A stretch of 63,990 bases of DNA, counting the filler, from an uncultured Methanosarcinales archaeon (GTDB lineage: Archaea; Nanobdellota; Nanobdellia; Woesearchaeales; JAGLXL01): assembly GCA_964472345.1 (NCBI GenBank). It is 11 parts of 11 records of this genome, joined end to end, with 100 filler letters (N's around TTAATTAATTAA, not from the genome) between each part and the next. Parts side by side here need not be neighbours in the genome. Positions count along the whole stretch, not along the records: positions 45,063 to 50,250 come from CAYYLB010000072.1; positions 50,351 to 55,460 come from CAYYLB010000073.1; positions 55,561 to 60,588 come from CAYYLB010000074.1; 8 more parts are not named here. The stretch is one strand, 5' to 3'. This document shows, piece after piece, positions 48,042 to 57,827 of this stretch (its first letter is position 1; the number at the start of each line of letters is the position of its first letter). The translations under genes and the position numbers were made by a program. Below the pieces are notes generated by a model, which worked only from the letters and a program-made list of their open reading frames with translations, had not been told where the DNA came from and made no database searches.

Positions 48042-48689
48042 ATGAAACCGGCTCCGGTTAACGATGTACTGCGGGCGCTGCATCAGGCGTATCCACGGCT
48101 GCACCATTACCTGCATTTTTCCACCCCGCTTGAGCTGCTCATCGCGACAATCCTGTCCGCGCAGGTGCGTGACGAAGTCGTGAATGCGACGACCACATCA
48201 CTGTTCAGGAAGTACCGAACGGCAGAGGACTACGCGCATGCGGAGCTGCAGCCGCTCATCAGGGAGATCGGCGCGGTTTCGTATCCCGCGGCGAAGGCAA
48301 AGCACATCAAGGAAGCGTGCCAGGAGCTGGCAAGGAGGCATGGCGGCGAGGTTCCGCGGACGATGGCGGATCTTGCTGCGCTGCCCGGCATCGGCAGGAA
48401 AAGCGCGAATGCCATCCTGCAGAATGCATTTGATGTGGTTGAAGGGATTGTCGTTGACACGCACGTCCTGAGGGTCGCGTACCGCCTCGGATGGACGGAT
48501 ACGGAGAAGAATGCGGAAAAAGCGGAGAAGCAGCTCATGGAGCTCCTGCCAAGAGAGGAGTGGAAGCGGTTTCCGTGGCTGATGAAGGCGCATGGCAGGG
48601 CGGTGTGCAGGGCGCCTGCTCCGCGGTGCAGCCAGTGTCCTGTCGCCCGGCTGTGCCCGAAGCAGGGAGTTGCGCAGGTGCGGCGATGA
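48042..48689 (+). CDS. nth: Endonuclease III
   Basis: LLIATILSAQ, HhH LPGIGRKSA, VDTH, C-x6-C-x2-C-x5-C. Confidence 0.93.
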   Translation: MKPAPVNDVLRALHQAYPRLHHYLHFSTPLELLIATILSAQVRDEVVNATTTSLFRKYRTAEDYAHAELQPLIREIGAVSYPAAKAKHIKEACQELARRHGGEVPRTMADLAALPGIGRKSANAILQNAFDVVEGIVVDTHVLRVAYRLGWTDTEKNAEKAEKQLMELLPREEWKRFPWLMKAHGRAVCRAPAPRCSQCPVARLCPKQGVAQVRR

Positions 48690-49702
48690 AAGAGAAGAAA
48701 GAGAAGACAATGCAGTTCTTCCAGAGGATCAGGCCCATTGAAACGCCGCAGACGTACCTTGACATCGCGTTCCATCGCACGAAGCTCCGGGTTGAGCAGC
48801 TCAAGAAGCGCGCTGCGCGGCCATTGCGGTTTGAGCAGCTGGCGCAGGTTGAGCAGGCAAGGTTTGACGTCGTGCGGGACGTGCTTGCGGAGCGGATCCA
48901 CGCGATAGAGGCATCGTTTCCGGCGAGGGAAAAGCTGCCGGTGTTCTATCGGGAGCTGATGGGCGCGACGCTCGATGTCCCGCGGCTGGAGAGCTCGCTG
49001 CAGGCGCTCGCGTGGTTCATCGGGACACTGGGGGAGGTGCATCGCAGGGCGGCGCAGCGCGTGCGGCGGACGCGGGATGAGGCGCAGATCCATGAGGTCC
49101 GGCGCGCGCTGTACGGACGGGTCTCGTCGCTGGTGAAGCGGATCGGACCCGCGCTGCAGTTTCTTGAAGAGGCGAGAAAGGTGATGAAGACCTATCCCAT
49201 CCTCAGGGAGATTCCCACCGTTGCGATTGCCGGCTTTCCCAATGTCGGCAAGACAACACTGCTGAGCAAGCTGAGCAGCTCACGGCCGGAGATCGCAGAG
49301 TATGCGTTCACCACGAAGCACATCAACCTTGGCTACGCGCAGTTCGGCAGCCGCGTGCTCCAGCTGATCGACACGCCGGGGACGCTCGCACGAAAGGACA
49401 AGATGAACACCATCGAGCTGCAGGCGCATCTTGCATTGCGGCATCTCGCGCAGGCAATTGTCTTCGTGGTTGATCCGATGGAAAGCTATCCCCTCGAAGA
49501 GCAGGAGCGGCTGCTCCAGCTGCTTGACGGGCTCAAGAAGCCCCTTGTCGTGTATATGAGCAAGACGGATGTCGCTGATGCCGGCCAGGTCAAGCGGGCC
49601 GCTGCCATGAGCTATCCGCACGCGCTCACGGACATCACGCAGCTGAAGGGGCAGCTCCAGCGCTGGGCGGGGCAGTTTTCCTCACTTGAGAAACCTCAAT
49701 GA
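48686..49702 (+). CDS. NOG1-family GTPase
   Basis: Helical N-domain; GFPNVGKTT, YAFTT, DTPG, SKTD. Confidence 0.88.
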   Translation: MKEKKEKTMQFFQRIRPIETPQTYLDIAFHRTKLRVEQLKKRAARPLRFEQLAQVEQARFDVVRDVLAERIHAIEASFPAREKLPVFYRELMGATLDVPRLESSLQALAWFIGTLGEVHRRAAQRVRRTRDEAQIHEVRRALYGRVSSLVKRIGPALQFLEEARKVMKTYPILREIPTVAIAGFPNVGKTTLLSKLSSSRPEIAEYAFTTKHINLGYAQFGSRVLQLIDTPGTLARKDKMNTIELQAHLALRHLAQAIVFVVDPMESYPLEEQERLLQLLDGLKKPLVVYMSKTDVADAGQVKRAAAMSYPHALTDITQLKGQLQRWAGQFSSLEKPQ

Positions 49703-50204
49703 TGCGGAACTTGCCCGGCAGCTTCTTGCGGGCGCGGTTCAGCGCGAGTTTTGCGAGCTTGCTGTTCTTCCTGTCGACGCGCACTTCGAGGAGAATTTCG
49801 CCCACAAGGATCTGCGCAGCGCTGCTGACGGGCTTGCCGAAGGAGAGCTGCATGCCCTGCGACATGCGGTCAGCGCCCGCGCCGGTCGCCATGGCATTCT
49901 CGCGGAGGATGTGAAACGGATACTTGCGGAGGCGCAGGAAATAGCCTGACTTGCCGAGCGCTTTTTCAAAGACGCGGTTGCTCGTCTGGCGCGCGCTTTC
50001 GAGCGCATTGTGGCGGATCTGCGTGTCCTTGAGCGAGACGAGGCTGAGCGTCGTTTCGAATGCCGAGCGCGGGTCGCCATGCTCAAAGCGGACGATGCTC
50101 ATGTGCGGGCGCGCCTTCACGTAGCTCTGCTTCTTGTACTTGCTGATGCGCGTGTACGGGCGCTCAATCTTCTGATAGCTGCAAAACTTGCGGAGCCTCA
50201 CCAT
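49635..50204 (-). CDS. rpl10e: 50S ribosomal protein L10e (uL16)
   Basis: QIRHNALESAR, YPFHILREN, GADRMSQGM..FGKP. Confidence 0.95.
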   Translation of the reverse strand: MVRLRKFCSYQKIERPYTRISKYKKQSYVKARPHMSIVRFEHGDPRSAFETTLSLVSLKDTQIRHNALESARQTSNRVFEKALGKSGYFLRLRKYPFHILRENAMATGAGADRMSQGMQLSFGKPVSSAAQILVGEILLEVRVDRKNSKLAKLALNRARKKLPGKFRIIEVSQVRKTAPPSAGAAPSAA

Positions 50205-50689
50205 GGAGCGCTGCGGTTGACGGCCCGTTTAAAAATGTTTCGGGGGTTTTNNNNNNNNNNNNNNNNNNNNNNNNNNNNNNNNNNNNNNNNNNNNTTAATT
50301 AATTAANNNNNNNNNNNNNNNNNNNNNNNNNNNNNNNNNNNNNNNNNNNNGACATTCTCCTGCTCTTCCCAGAAATCGAGGGACTGGAAGGTGAGGAGGG
50401 CCATGGTATCATCCGCGGCGGACGTGGTTTATAAACGTGTGCTCTGCTGGCTGGCGGCCGTTGCGGTGGCGTACTACGGGCACTTCATCGGGCGGGAAAC
50501 TGAACGAACCTGTCCGGCGGCCTGCGCTGCAGCGAGAACGCCGCCAAGCTGCGGGCTGCCACGCATATGAGGGGCGTGCGGAGCGTTTGGCATAGGAGCA
50601 GCGTTCATTTAAATGGGAAAAATGAGAAACGCGCAGAAGTTTCAAAAAAATAGAAACATTTATAAATAATAATCAGCTATTATTGAAAA

Positions 50690-51271
50690 ATGAAACAGGC
50701 GGAAAAGGTCTACCGGGAGCTGCTCTTCCTGGCGCTGGAGCGGAAGCAACGCGTGAGCACCCAGAAGGCGCTTGCGGAAAAGCTTCAGCTCTCACTAGGT
50801 ACGGTCAATCACAGCATCGCGCCGCTGCGCCGGATGGGTGCTGTTGAGGTGAAGGCGCGCAGCCTGACAATCATCGATCCCCTCAAGCTGCTCTACCACT
50901 GGGCGAGCGTGCGGAACGTGGAGCGGGACATCGTGTACCGGACACGCGTTGACAAGCCTGTGCGGAGCATCGAAGCGGACATGCCGCCGGGGATGGTGTT
51001 CGGGATGTTCACGGCCTACAAGCTGCGGTTCAGGGACGCGCCTGCGGATTATTCTGAAGTGTATGCCTATGGCGATCGCAAAGATGCCGAAGAGCGTTTC
51101 CCTCTCAGGCGTGGCGCGCCGAACCTCTTTGTCCTCGCGATGAGCGGAACCGCTGCGTATGGAGCGACCACCACCATCGCGCAAACCTTCGTTGACCTCT
51201 GGAATGTGCCCGAGTGGTATGCGCGGGAATTCCTCATTGCGCTGGAGAAAAAGATCAGGGAGATGGAGTAA
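50690..51271 (+). CDS. wHTH protein, AbiEi-like antitoxin
   Basis: TQKALAEKLQLSLGTVN HTH; KLLYHWA; QTFVDLWN. Confidence 0.7.
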   Translation: MKQAEKVYRELLFLALERKQRVSTQKALAEKLQLSLGTVNHSIAPLRRMGAVEVKARSLTIIDPLKLLYHWASVRNVERDIVYRTRVDKPVRSIEADMPPGMVFGMFTAYKLRFRDAPADYSEVYAYGDRKDAEERFPLRRGAPNLFVLAMSGTAAYGATTTIAQTFVDLWNVPEWYAREFLIALEKKIREME

Positions 51272-51272
51272 G

Positions 51273-51893
51273 ATGGACTTTTGGAACACGGAGATCACTG
51301 CGAAGAGCTGGGGGGTGCTGCAAGAGCTTACCGCGAGACCGATTCGCTTCATCCTCATCGGCGGGTGGGCGGCATACCTCTGGACAAGGCACCACAAGTC
51401 CAAGGACGTTGACATCATCATCACCCGCTATGAAGATCTCGAGTACCTGAAGACACACTTTGGGCTCAAGAAAAACAGCCGGCTCAGGAAGTATGAGATT
51501 GTGCTTGACGATATCGACGTCGACATCTATGTCCCATTCTACTCGCGCCTGCCTCTTCCCGCCGAGGAACTCCAGCAGTATGCCACCACCATCGAGGGGA
51601 TTGCAGTCGTGAAGCCCGAGGCGCTGCTCATCCTGAAACAGGTGGCGGAGGAGGAGCGCGCGCATAGTGTAAAAGGTGAGAAAGACCGGATTGACATCAT
51701 GGCGCTGCTGTGTTTTGCTCCCGTTGATTTTCCGCTTTATCTGGGCCTGATTGAGAAGCACCACCTTGGCCGGCTGTACGAGCGGCTGCGGAAGATTATC
51801 ATAGGATTTGATGGAACAAAATACCTCGGGCTGAACCCGCGCGAGCTGAAGAAGAAAAAAGAGGCGTTGCTGAGGATGATGAAGGAAACATAG
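51273..51893 (+). CDS. Nucleotidyltransferase, AbiEii-like toxin candidate
   Basis: ILIGGWA..SKDVDII; LLILK..R..KGEKDRIDI. Confidence 0.75.
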   Translation: MDFWNTEITAKSWGVLQELTARPIRFILIGGWAAYLWTRHHKSKDVDIIITRYEDLEYLKTHFGLKKNSRLRKYEIVLDDIDVDIYVPFYSRLPLPAEELQQYATTIEGIAVVKPEALLILKQVAEEERAHSVKGEKDRIDIMALLCFAPVDFPLYLGLIEKHHLGRLYERLRKIIIGFDGTKYLGLNPRELKKKKEALLRMMKET

Positions 51894-52086
51894 TGTTTCC
51901 TATGGACGCTGCGTTAGCGCCTTGGTGCGGTGTGCGGCGGTGGGAGGCTGAAATCAGCGCCTTCTTTTTACCGGCAGCGGCTCCCGTTCTGTTCAAAAGG
52001 GGTGCTGGGAACCGCTGAACCGCATCTCCCACAACCCCCCTCCACCACGGAAAACCATTTAAAGCCGTCCTGCCCCTGCAGAGGCC

Positions 52087-52752
52087 ATGGGGGAGGAAAT
52101 TGCCATTACGTTCGAAACACTGTATGACCTCTTGATGCGCGAGAAGCAGCGGGAGGAGCTGCTGCCGCTGGAGCCGAGCTTCTTCCAGGATGTGCTGAAC
52201 TACCTCCAGGAAAAGATGAAAGTGCTTGAGCGGGTGAGCAAGGAAAATGACCTCTTCAGCATCGGCGAGCGCGAGAAGGTTGAGATGGAGATCCGCAACA
52301 TCCGCAAGGTGCTGAAAGACCTCTACGAGCGGCGGGAGCGGAAGATCATCGAGCTTGCGCTGAACAAGAGCAGGACGGCGCATGCGCTCGACGCGGGCCA
52401 GCTGCTGGATGAGGAGCAGCAGTTCCTTGATGCGCTTGTTGATGTCCTGGACCATTACCGCGGCGGCGTCCTGCTGCAGCTGCTGCAGCGTAAGATGCCC
52501 CAGGTCCAGCGGAGGCTGCAGCTGGTCGCTGCCGGCGCGGAGAGCCAGTACAGGGAAAAGAAGCCGGCAGAGCAGCTCGTGGTGCGGTTCCTGCATGCGG
52601 TGCCAAAGTTTGTCGGCCGGGACCTGGCGATTTACGGGCCGTTTGAGGCGGATGATGTCGCGGGGCTGCCGCGCGAGCTTGCGGAAATCCTTCTCGAGAA
52701 GAAGCGGGCAGTGGCCGCCGGGAAAGAGGAAGCGGTGCAGGAACCTTTATAA
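52087..52752 (+). CDS. GINS subunit (Gins15/Gins51)
   Basis: EK..EL.PL..FF; LYERRERKIIELA; B-domain VPKFVGRDL.IYGPF; upstream of the rpl44e cluster. Confidence 0.8.
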   Translation: MGEEIAITFETLYDLLMREKQREELLPLEPSFFQDVLNYLQEKMKVLERVSKENDLFSIGEREKVEMEIRNIRKVLKDLYERRERKIIELALNKSRTAHALDAGQLLDEEQQFLDALVDVLDHYRGGVLLQLLQRKMPQVQRRLQLVAAGAESQYREKKPAEQLVVRFLHAVPKFVGRDLAIYGPFEADDVAGLPRELAEILLEKKRAVAAGKEEAVQEPL

Positions 52753-52775
52753 ATGGCCGGGGGTTGCGCGAGACC

Positions 52776-53090
52776 ATGAAGCTGCCCAAGCAGATGCGGC
52801 GGCTGTGCCCCTATTGCCGGAAGCACACCGTCCATAAGGTCACGATCGTCAAGAAGCACGCGGCAAGCGCCCTGAAGCATGGGAGCAAGATCCGTGCGCG
52901 GCTGCGGGGAAAGGCGCGGGGCTTCGGCGGGTGGGGAAGGTACTCTAAGCCGGCGGTGACGCAGTGGAAGATGACCGGCTCAAAAGTAAGCAAGAAGGCA
53001 GATATCCGCTTCCAGTGCGAGAAGTGCAAGAAGATGCATCCGAAGCGCGCGACGTTCCGCGCAAAGAAAGTCGAGGTGCAGGAGCAATGA
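52776..53090 (+). CDS. rpl44e: 50S ribosomal protein L44e
   Basis: [21 protein letters not shown]. Confidence 0.93.
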   Translation: MKLPKQMRRLCPYCRKHTVHKVTIVKKHAASALKHGSKIRARLRGKARGFGGWGRYSKPAVTQWKMTGSKVSKKADIRFQCEKCKKMHPKRATFRAKKVEVQEQ

Positions 53091-53269
53091 TGGAAACAAG
53101 GCCGCGAAGCTCGTTTGTCAAGGTGCGCTGCATCAAATGCAAGAATGAGCAGATCATCTTCGGGAACGTGAGCAGCAGCGTGAAGTGCCTTGTCTGCGAC
53201 ACGACGCTCGCGACGCCGACGGGCGGCAAGAGCCAGGTTTCCGGCCATATCCTGGAGGTTCTTTCGTAA
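53087..53269 (+). CDS. rps27e: 30S ribosomal protein S27e
   Basis: [25 protein letters not shown]. Confidence 0.95.
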   Translation: MMETRPRSSFVKVRCIKCKNEQIIFGNVSSSVKCLVCDTTLATPTGGKSQVSGHILEVLS

Positions 53270-54051
53270 TGCTGTACCGGCGTGAAGGCTATCCGGGCGA
53301 GGACGCGTTTGTGCTGTGTACGGTAACAAAAATTCTCAACCACGCGGTTTTTGTCAATCTCGACGAGTATGACAAAGGCGGCCTGATCCACATCAGCGAG
53401 ATTGCTGCCGGCAGGATCCGGAATATCCGCGAATATGTTGAGCTGAGCAAGAAGGTGGTATGCAAGGTGCTCCGGGTCGATGCCGAACGCGGGCATATCG
53501 ACCTGAGCCTGCGCCGCGTCTCGGATATTGAGCGGCGGAAGAAGCTCGAAGAGATCAAGCAGGAGCAGAAGGCAGAGAAAGTCATCGAGCAGGTCGGCAA
53601 GGAGCTCGGCCAGCCGCTGCAGGCAGTCTATGATGCCGTCACCAGCAAGGTGTTTGAGCAGTATGCGTTTGTTCATCAGTTTTTCAAGGACATTTCGACG
53701 GGAAAGATCCCTGCCGAGAGGTTCATCACGGAGAAGAAGCTTGCCGCCGTGCTGCAGCAGCATGTCGCCGACCGGTTCAGGCCGCCCAAGGTGTCGATCC
53801 GCGGCACCTGGTCCATCAGGACGTTTGATCCCCGCGGCGTTGAGCTGGTGAAGCGGTCGCTGCTCGCCGCACGGGAGCTTGGCACGAGGAGCACCGTGGA
53901 GCTGATGTACCTCGGCGGCGGGCGGTACAAGATGCGCATCGAATCAGAAACCTATAAGGATGCGGAGCAGACGCTGCAGCAGATCGAGGAGAAGCTGGTC
54001 GAGGCATTCTCGGGCAATGGCGAGGCGCAGCTTGCCCGTGAAGAGGCATGA
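53269..54051 (+). CDS. eif2a: Translation initiation factor aIF-2 alpha
   Basis: S1 domain GLIHISEIA..IRNIRE; KVLRVD..GHIDLSLRRV. Confidence 0.93.
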   Translation: MLYRREGYPGEDAFVLCTVTKILNHAVFVNLDEYDKGGLIHISEIAAGRIRNIREYVELSKKVVCKVLRVDAERGHIDLSLRRVSDIERRKKLEEIKQEQKAEKVIEQVGKELGQPLQAVYDAVTSKVFEQYAFVHQFFKDISTGKIPAERFITEKKLAAVLQQHVADRFRPPKVSIRGTWSIRTFDPRGVELVKRSLLAARELGTRSTVELMYLGGGRYKMRIESETYKDAEQTLQQIEEKLVEAFSGNGEAQLAREEA

Positions 54052-54221
54052 AACGGCTGCTGCGGTGCCCCCGCTGTGCGGCGTATACCCTGCAGGAAAC
54101 GCATCCGTGCGGCGCAACGAGCGTCCCGCCCCAGCCGGCGAAGTGGAGCCCGGAGGACAAGTACGGGAAATACCGGCGGGAGGCACGACGGGAAGAGCTG
54201 GTGGGGAAAGGGCTGTTGTAG
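54048..54221 (+). CDS. nop10: H/ACA RNP protein Nop10 (not in ORF track)
   Basis: Manual translation MKRLLRCPRCAAYTLQETHPCG..PAKWSPEDKYGKYRR; conserved gene order. Confidence 0.9.
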   Translation: MKRLLRCPRCAAYTLQETHPCGATSVPPQPAKWSPEDKYGKYRREARREELVGKGLL

Positions 54222-54251
54222 TGGTTCGGATTTCTTGATGCGCTTTTGCGG

Positions 54252-55085
54252 CTAATGAGCGGCGGCGTAGCTCTCCTGCACGTGAGCGCCGCTTCCGGGC
54301 AGCATTCGCAAGAGATCGCTGAGAGAGGCGATGACATAGTGTGGCTTATCAGCGGTTTGTTGACTGCTCTGCTCCCGGCCTGCCGCTGGATCTGCTCCAT
54401 CCCGGAGAAGCTGGACTGAGATCATCCCCACTTTATTTGCTCCGATCCAGTCTGAGGGGCGGTCGCCGGCGAAGACGACCTTTTCTGGATGGATTGCATC
54501 CCCGAGGCGTTGCCGGGCAAGGTTTAGCGCAGCCACATAAATCGCCTCGCCTGGCTTTTCACAGCTGACATCTCCTGAAATGACGGCGAAATCGAGCGAA
54601 GATCCTTCTACAAGGAGTGAGGACCCTTCCTTGAAACTGCCGAGGCCAAGCCGCTGGATTTTCTCCCGCTGGAGCTTGGAAGGTCCGTTCGTGACGCAGC
54701 CGCGGACGTAGCCGCGCTCTCCCAGCGCATCAAGGGTTTCCTTCGCACCCGGCAAAAGCTCAGGCCAGATGCTGTTGTAGGCCATGAGGAGCGCATCGAG
54801 CTGCTTTTCAGGGAGACCAAGGGTCTGGAGGGGCTGGTCGGATCTGCTGTTCATGATCCCGTAGAACAACTGATAATAGCGGAGGGCATCCCCATCGGTT
54901 GCTGCTGCACCATTCTCCTCGAGCACGGCTATGCATGCTTCCTGCTTTTTTTCTTTTGCAGCTGAGGTGTCGATCAGCGTGTCGTCAAGGTCGAAGAGGA
55001 CAGCGATGACATTGGGGAGGCTGGCTGGGATGCTGGCGGCGTTTTGCGTTGAGATGAGTGTCGGCTCGCGCGGGTAAACGATCAT
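54252..55085 (-). CDS. HAD-superfamily hydrolase (start uncertain)
   Basis: FDLDDTL, VTNG, EKP, GDRPSD. Confidence 0.88.
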   Translation of the reverse strand: MIVYPREPTLISTQNAASIPASLPNVIAVLFDLDDTLIDTSAAKEKKQEACIAVLEENGAAATDGDALRYYQLFYGIMNSRSDQPLQTLGLPEKQLDALLMAYNSIWPELLPGAKETLDALGERGYVRGCVTNGPSKLQREKIQRLGLGSFKEGSSLLVEGSSLDFAVISGDVSCEKPGEAIYVAALNLARQRLGDAIHPEKVVFAGDRPSDWIGANKVGMISVQLLRDGADPAAGREQSSQQTADKPHYVIASLSDLLRMLPGSGAHVQESYAAAH

Positions 55086-55242
55086 TTTTCCGGGAAGAGG
55101 GGAATTTGCTTTTTAAATGTGATGCACCACGCGATGCCGCCTGCTCCGCTGGGGGATAGAGAGATGTGTCGTGCACGGCCTCAACGCAGGTCAAAAAGAG
55201 TATCTCTTTTAGGCAGGGATAAGATGCAAAGCTTTATATATT

Positions 55243-55284
55243 ATTGATATACTTTCTATGACAATTGATATAAAATGTATGACA
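55243..55284 (+). promoter_or_regulatory. Tandem 21-bp direct repeat between TATA box and start codon (probable operator)
   Basis: ATTGATATActttcTATGACA / ATTGATATAaaatgTATGACA after AAAGCTTTATATA. Confidence 0.6.
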
Positions 55285-55460
55285 AAACAGAAATGAGGAT
55301 TTTGGAACAAATATATCTCAATCCAGGCATTCATAAGAGGGAACTTTCCAAGCAGCTCAAAGTAGGAATGCCCTCTATAGATTATGGAATGAAAAAAATA
55401 AGCAGGTTAATTAAGCAGAAAAAGTCTGGGAATCAGATCAACTATTTCTTGGATTACTCA
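55275..55460 (+). CDS. wHTH protein (3' cut by contig end)
   Basis: NPGIHKRELSKQLKV; low GC. Confidence 0.7.
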
Positions 55461-55560
55461 NNNNNNNNNNNNNNNNNNNNNNNNNNNNNNNNNNNNNNNN
55501 NNNNTTAATTAATTAANNNNNNNNNNNNNNNNNNNNNNNNNNNNNNNNNNNNNNNNNNNN

Positions 55561-56317
55561 GCAAGAGAAGAGTGCGCACCTCCACGGGAATGGTGCTTGA
55601 CAGCAGTGCTGTTCCGGCTTCCTGCGAGCCAAACTGTCCGAACAGCAGCTGCAGCCGCCGGGCTCCGCCAAAATCAAACTTCAGCTTGCTCTGGACCGCA
55701 GGATCGAGCCCTCCTGCAGTATCGTACAGCACATCCCCGCTGCGATTGAGCAGGACGAATCGCACCGCCACGCTTCCGGCGGCAAGATCTTCCTCAAGGG
55801 AGCCGTACGCTGCCTCATCCGTCTTCACGATAATGGTCAGGCCGCTCAGGCTGCTTTCGTTGTTTGCCATAAGGACGTCGCTGCGGTTGATGGTGATGGC
55901 TGAGCGGTAGGGCGTCACGTTCATCACGGGAACAAAGCCCGAAAGCGTGATGTTCAGGTTGTTCTGGCGCGCATACGCTCCCTGAACCGCGGAGCGATAG
56001 GCCGCCATCACCGCCTCAGGATCTGCAGCGTGCAGGCGCAGCCCGCTGAAGTTGACCAGCACGATCCCGCCTTGCCGTGAGATGCCGGCGGCAGAGATGT
56101 TCAGCAGCTGCGCGTAACTGCCGCCCACAATGTCGTCTTCGACAAAGCCGAGCTTTTCCGCAAGCTGCGCATCAACCTGCGCGGAGCGGAGCTGCGCATG
56201 CCGGTGGAAAAAGACGAGCGTGAGAGCGAACAGCGAGAGCAGCAGCAGGAGCGCGCTCAGCGTCACGACCAGTGCTTTCCTGCCCATCCCCTTTCGGCTT
56301 ATTCGTTGAGGTACCAT
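55561..56317 (-). CDS. Class III signal peptide protein (3' cut by contig end)
   Basis: GRKA/LVVTLSALLLLL N-terminus; part of a coupled operon. Confidence 0.7.
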
Positions 56318-56742
56318 GCATCCATCCGTGCGAGCGCCGCGTCCGACCGGTGCCCGACAAACACGCGCCGCGCAACGGCCTGCTCTTCCGGCGTTTCACA
56401 GCCGCTGCGCTGCGCAGCCACGAGCAGGTTCCCTTCGGCGTCGGAGATCCCGAGCCTCCCGCAGAAACGCAGCGGAAGCGCGTCAAGGTAGCGAAGAAGC
56501 GTCGCATTGCTGCCTGTCACGTGCGCATCGAGCAGGCTCCCGTCTTTTTCGAGAACCGCCAGCGAATCTTCCGCAAGGGTGGCCAGCACATCCCGGCTGA
56601 ACGGCGCGCTTTCAACGCGGCTCATGAAAAAAAGGATCGCCGTGAACAGGATGGCTGCGGCGAGCAGCGCAAGCAGCGCATCGAGGGTGAACACCGCCCC
56701 ATGGCGCGGATGGACGCATCGCGGATGGCTCCGGGGGATCAT
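56299..56742 (-). CDS. Class III signal peptide (minor pilin-like) protein
   Basis: G/AVFTLDALLALL; ATGA coupling. Confidence 0.75.
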   Translation of the reverse strand: MIPRSHPRCVHPRHGAVFTLDALLALLAAAILFTAILFFMSRVESAPFSRDVLATLAEDSLAVLEKDGSLLDAHVTGSNATLLRYLDALPLRFCGRLGISDAEGNLLVAAQRSGCETPEEQAVARRVFVGHRSDAALARMDAWYLNE

Positions 56743-57374
56743 CCGCAAAGCACCCCGCTGCACGCGTCCCATACCTGCAGGGTCAGCCGTGTCCAGTTCC
56801 CGTGGAGAAGCGCAATCCGCTCGCGCTGCACGACATGAACGGCGCCCGCATCCGGCCGCTGGCCAAGCTGCTCGCGCAGCGCATAGGAGCTCCCATCCCA
56901 CACCGCAAGCCGCAGCGCAAACTCGTATCCTGGCCCCGCGATGCCGAGCAGCCGCTTCACTGTCTCATGGTCGCCCGCATCAAGCTGGACGAGCCGCGCG
57001 ACCTTCCTCGCATCGAGAACCAGCGCATTGCGGGAAAGCAGTCCGGCCGAGGAGGCGTGCTGCGCCGCAAGCCCGTTCATGCTGCTGCCCTGCGCCAGCC
57101 CGATCGCAGGCACATTGTCAGTGGTGAGCGCGCTGGAAAGGTTCGACCAGTTCGCAGGCACGCCGGGAGTTTCCACAAGCACGGCAGCAGCCCCCCGCGC
57201 GATCCGCTCGAGATCACTGCGCCGCTCGACCAGCGCCATCTTTTCTGTTACAGAACTCCACAGCTCAAGCGCCAGCACGAGGATCACGGCAAAAGCGATC
57301 GCGGCGATCAGCGCATCGACCGAGAGAATCTGCGCGCGTTTGGTATTCCTCCCCTTCCTGTTGTCCATGCTCAT
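56739..57374 (-). CDS. Class III signal peptide (minor pilin-like) protein
   Basis: KRA/QILSVDALIA; LVETPGVPANW..IGLA. Confidence 0.8.
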   Translation of the reverse strand: MSMDNRKGRNTKRAQILSVDALIAAIAFAVILVLALELWSSVTEKMALVERRSDLERIARGAAAVLVETPGVPANWSNLSSALTTDNVPAIGLAQGSSMNGLAAQHASSAGLLSRNALVLDARKVARLVQLDAGDHETVKRLLGIAGPGYEFALRLAVWDGSSYALREQLGQRPDAGAVHVVQRERIALLHGNWTRLTLQVWDACSGVLCG

Positions 57375-57814
57375 GACTCCCGTTCGCTCAGCAGCACGCC
57401 GCTGCCGGTATGCGTCATCTCGACCGCCCCCGACAGGTTCGCCAGTGTGCCGTCCACATGAGCGATGATGAGTGAGGCGCCATAGTGCTCCACGCCTCCG
57501 CGGTGCTCCCAGCGGATCTCCACCAGGCGGGCGGCAGGATACACCGACAGGAGGTAGGGGCTTCCATCGTCAAGGGCAGCGGGCAGCACGGCCGTTGCCG
57601 TTGTCCCTTCTCCGCCCAAAAAAACGCTGTTCAGCCCTGTTGCAAACCGGTCAGCGATGGTGCGTGCGGACAGCCGCGGCTGCAGGGCAAAAAAAAGATC
57701 GTCCCGCTGGCTCACCACCGCAAGAACGCCCAGCAGCAGAAGGAAGAAGACCGCGAGGATAATGATCAGCTCCGCGCTGCTTTGTCCCCGCATCATCATC
57801 CGAGAGGTTTTCAT
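57371..57814 (-). CDS. Class III signal peptide (pilin-like) protein
   Basis: RG/QSSAELIIIL. Confidence 0.8.
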   Translation of the reverse strand: MKTSRMMMRGQSSAELIIILAVFFLLLLGVLAVVSQRDDLFFALQPRLSARTIADRFATGLNSVFLGGEGTTATAVLPAALDDGSPYLLSVYPAARLVEIRWEHRGGVEHYGASLIIAHVDGTLANLSGAVEMTHTGSGVLLSERES

Positions 57815-57827
57815 ACGGCTCCAATGC

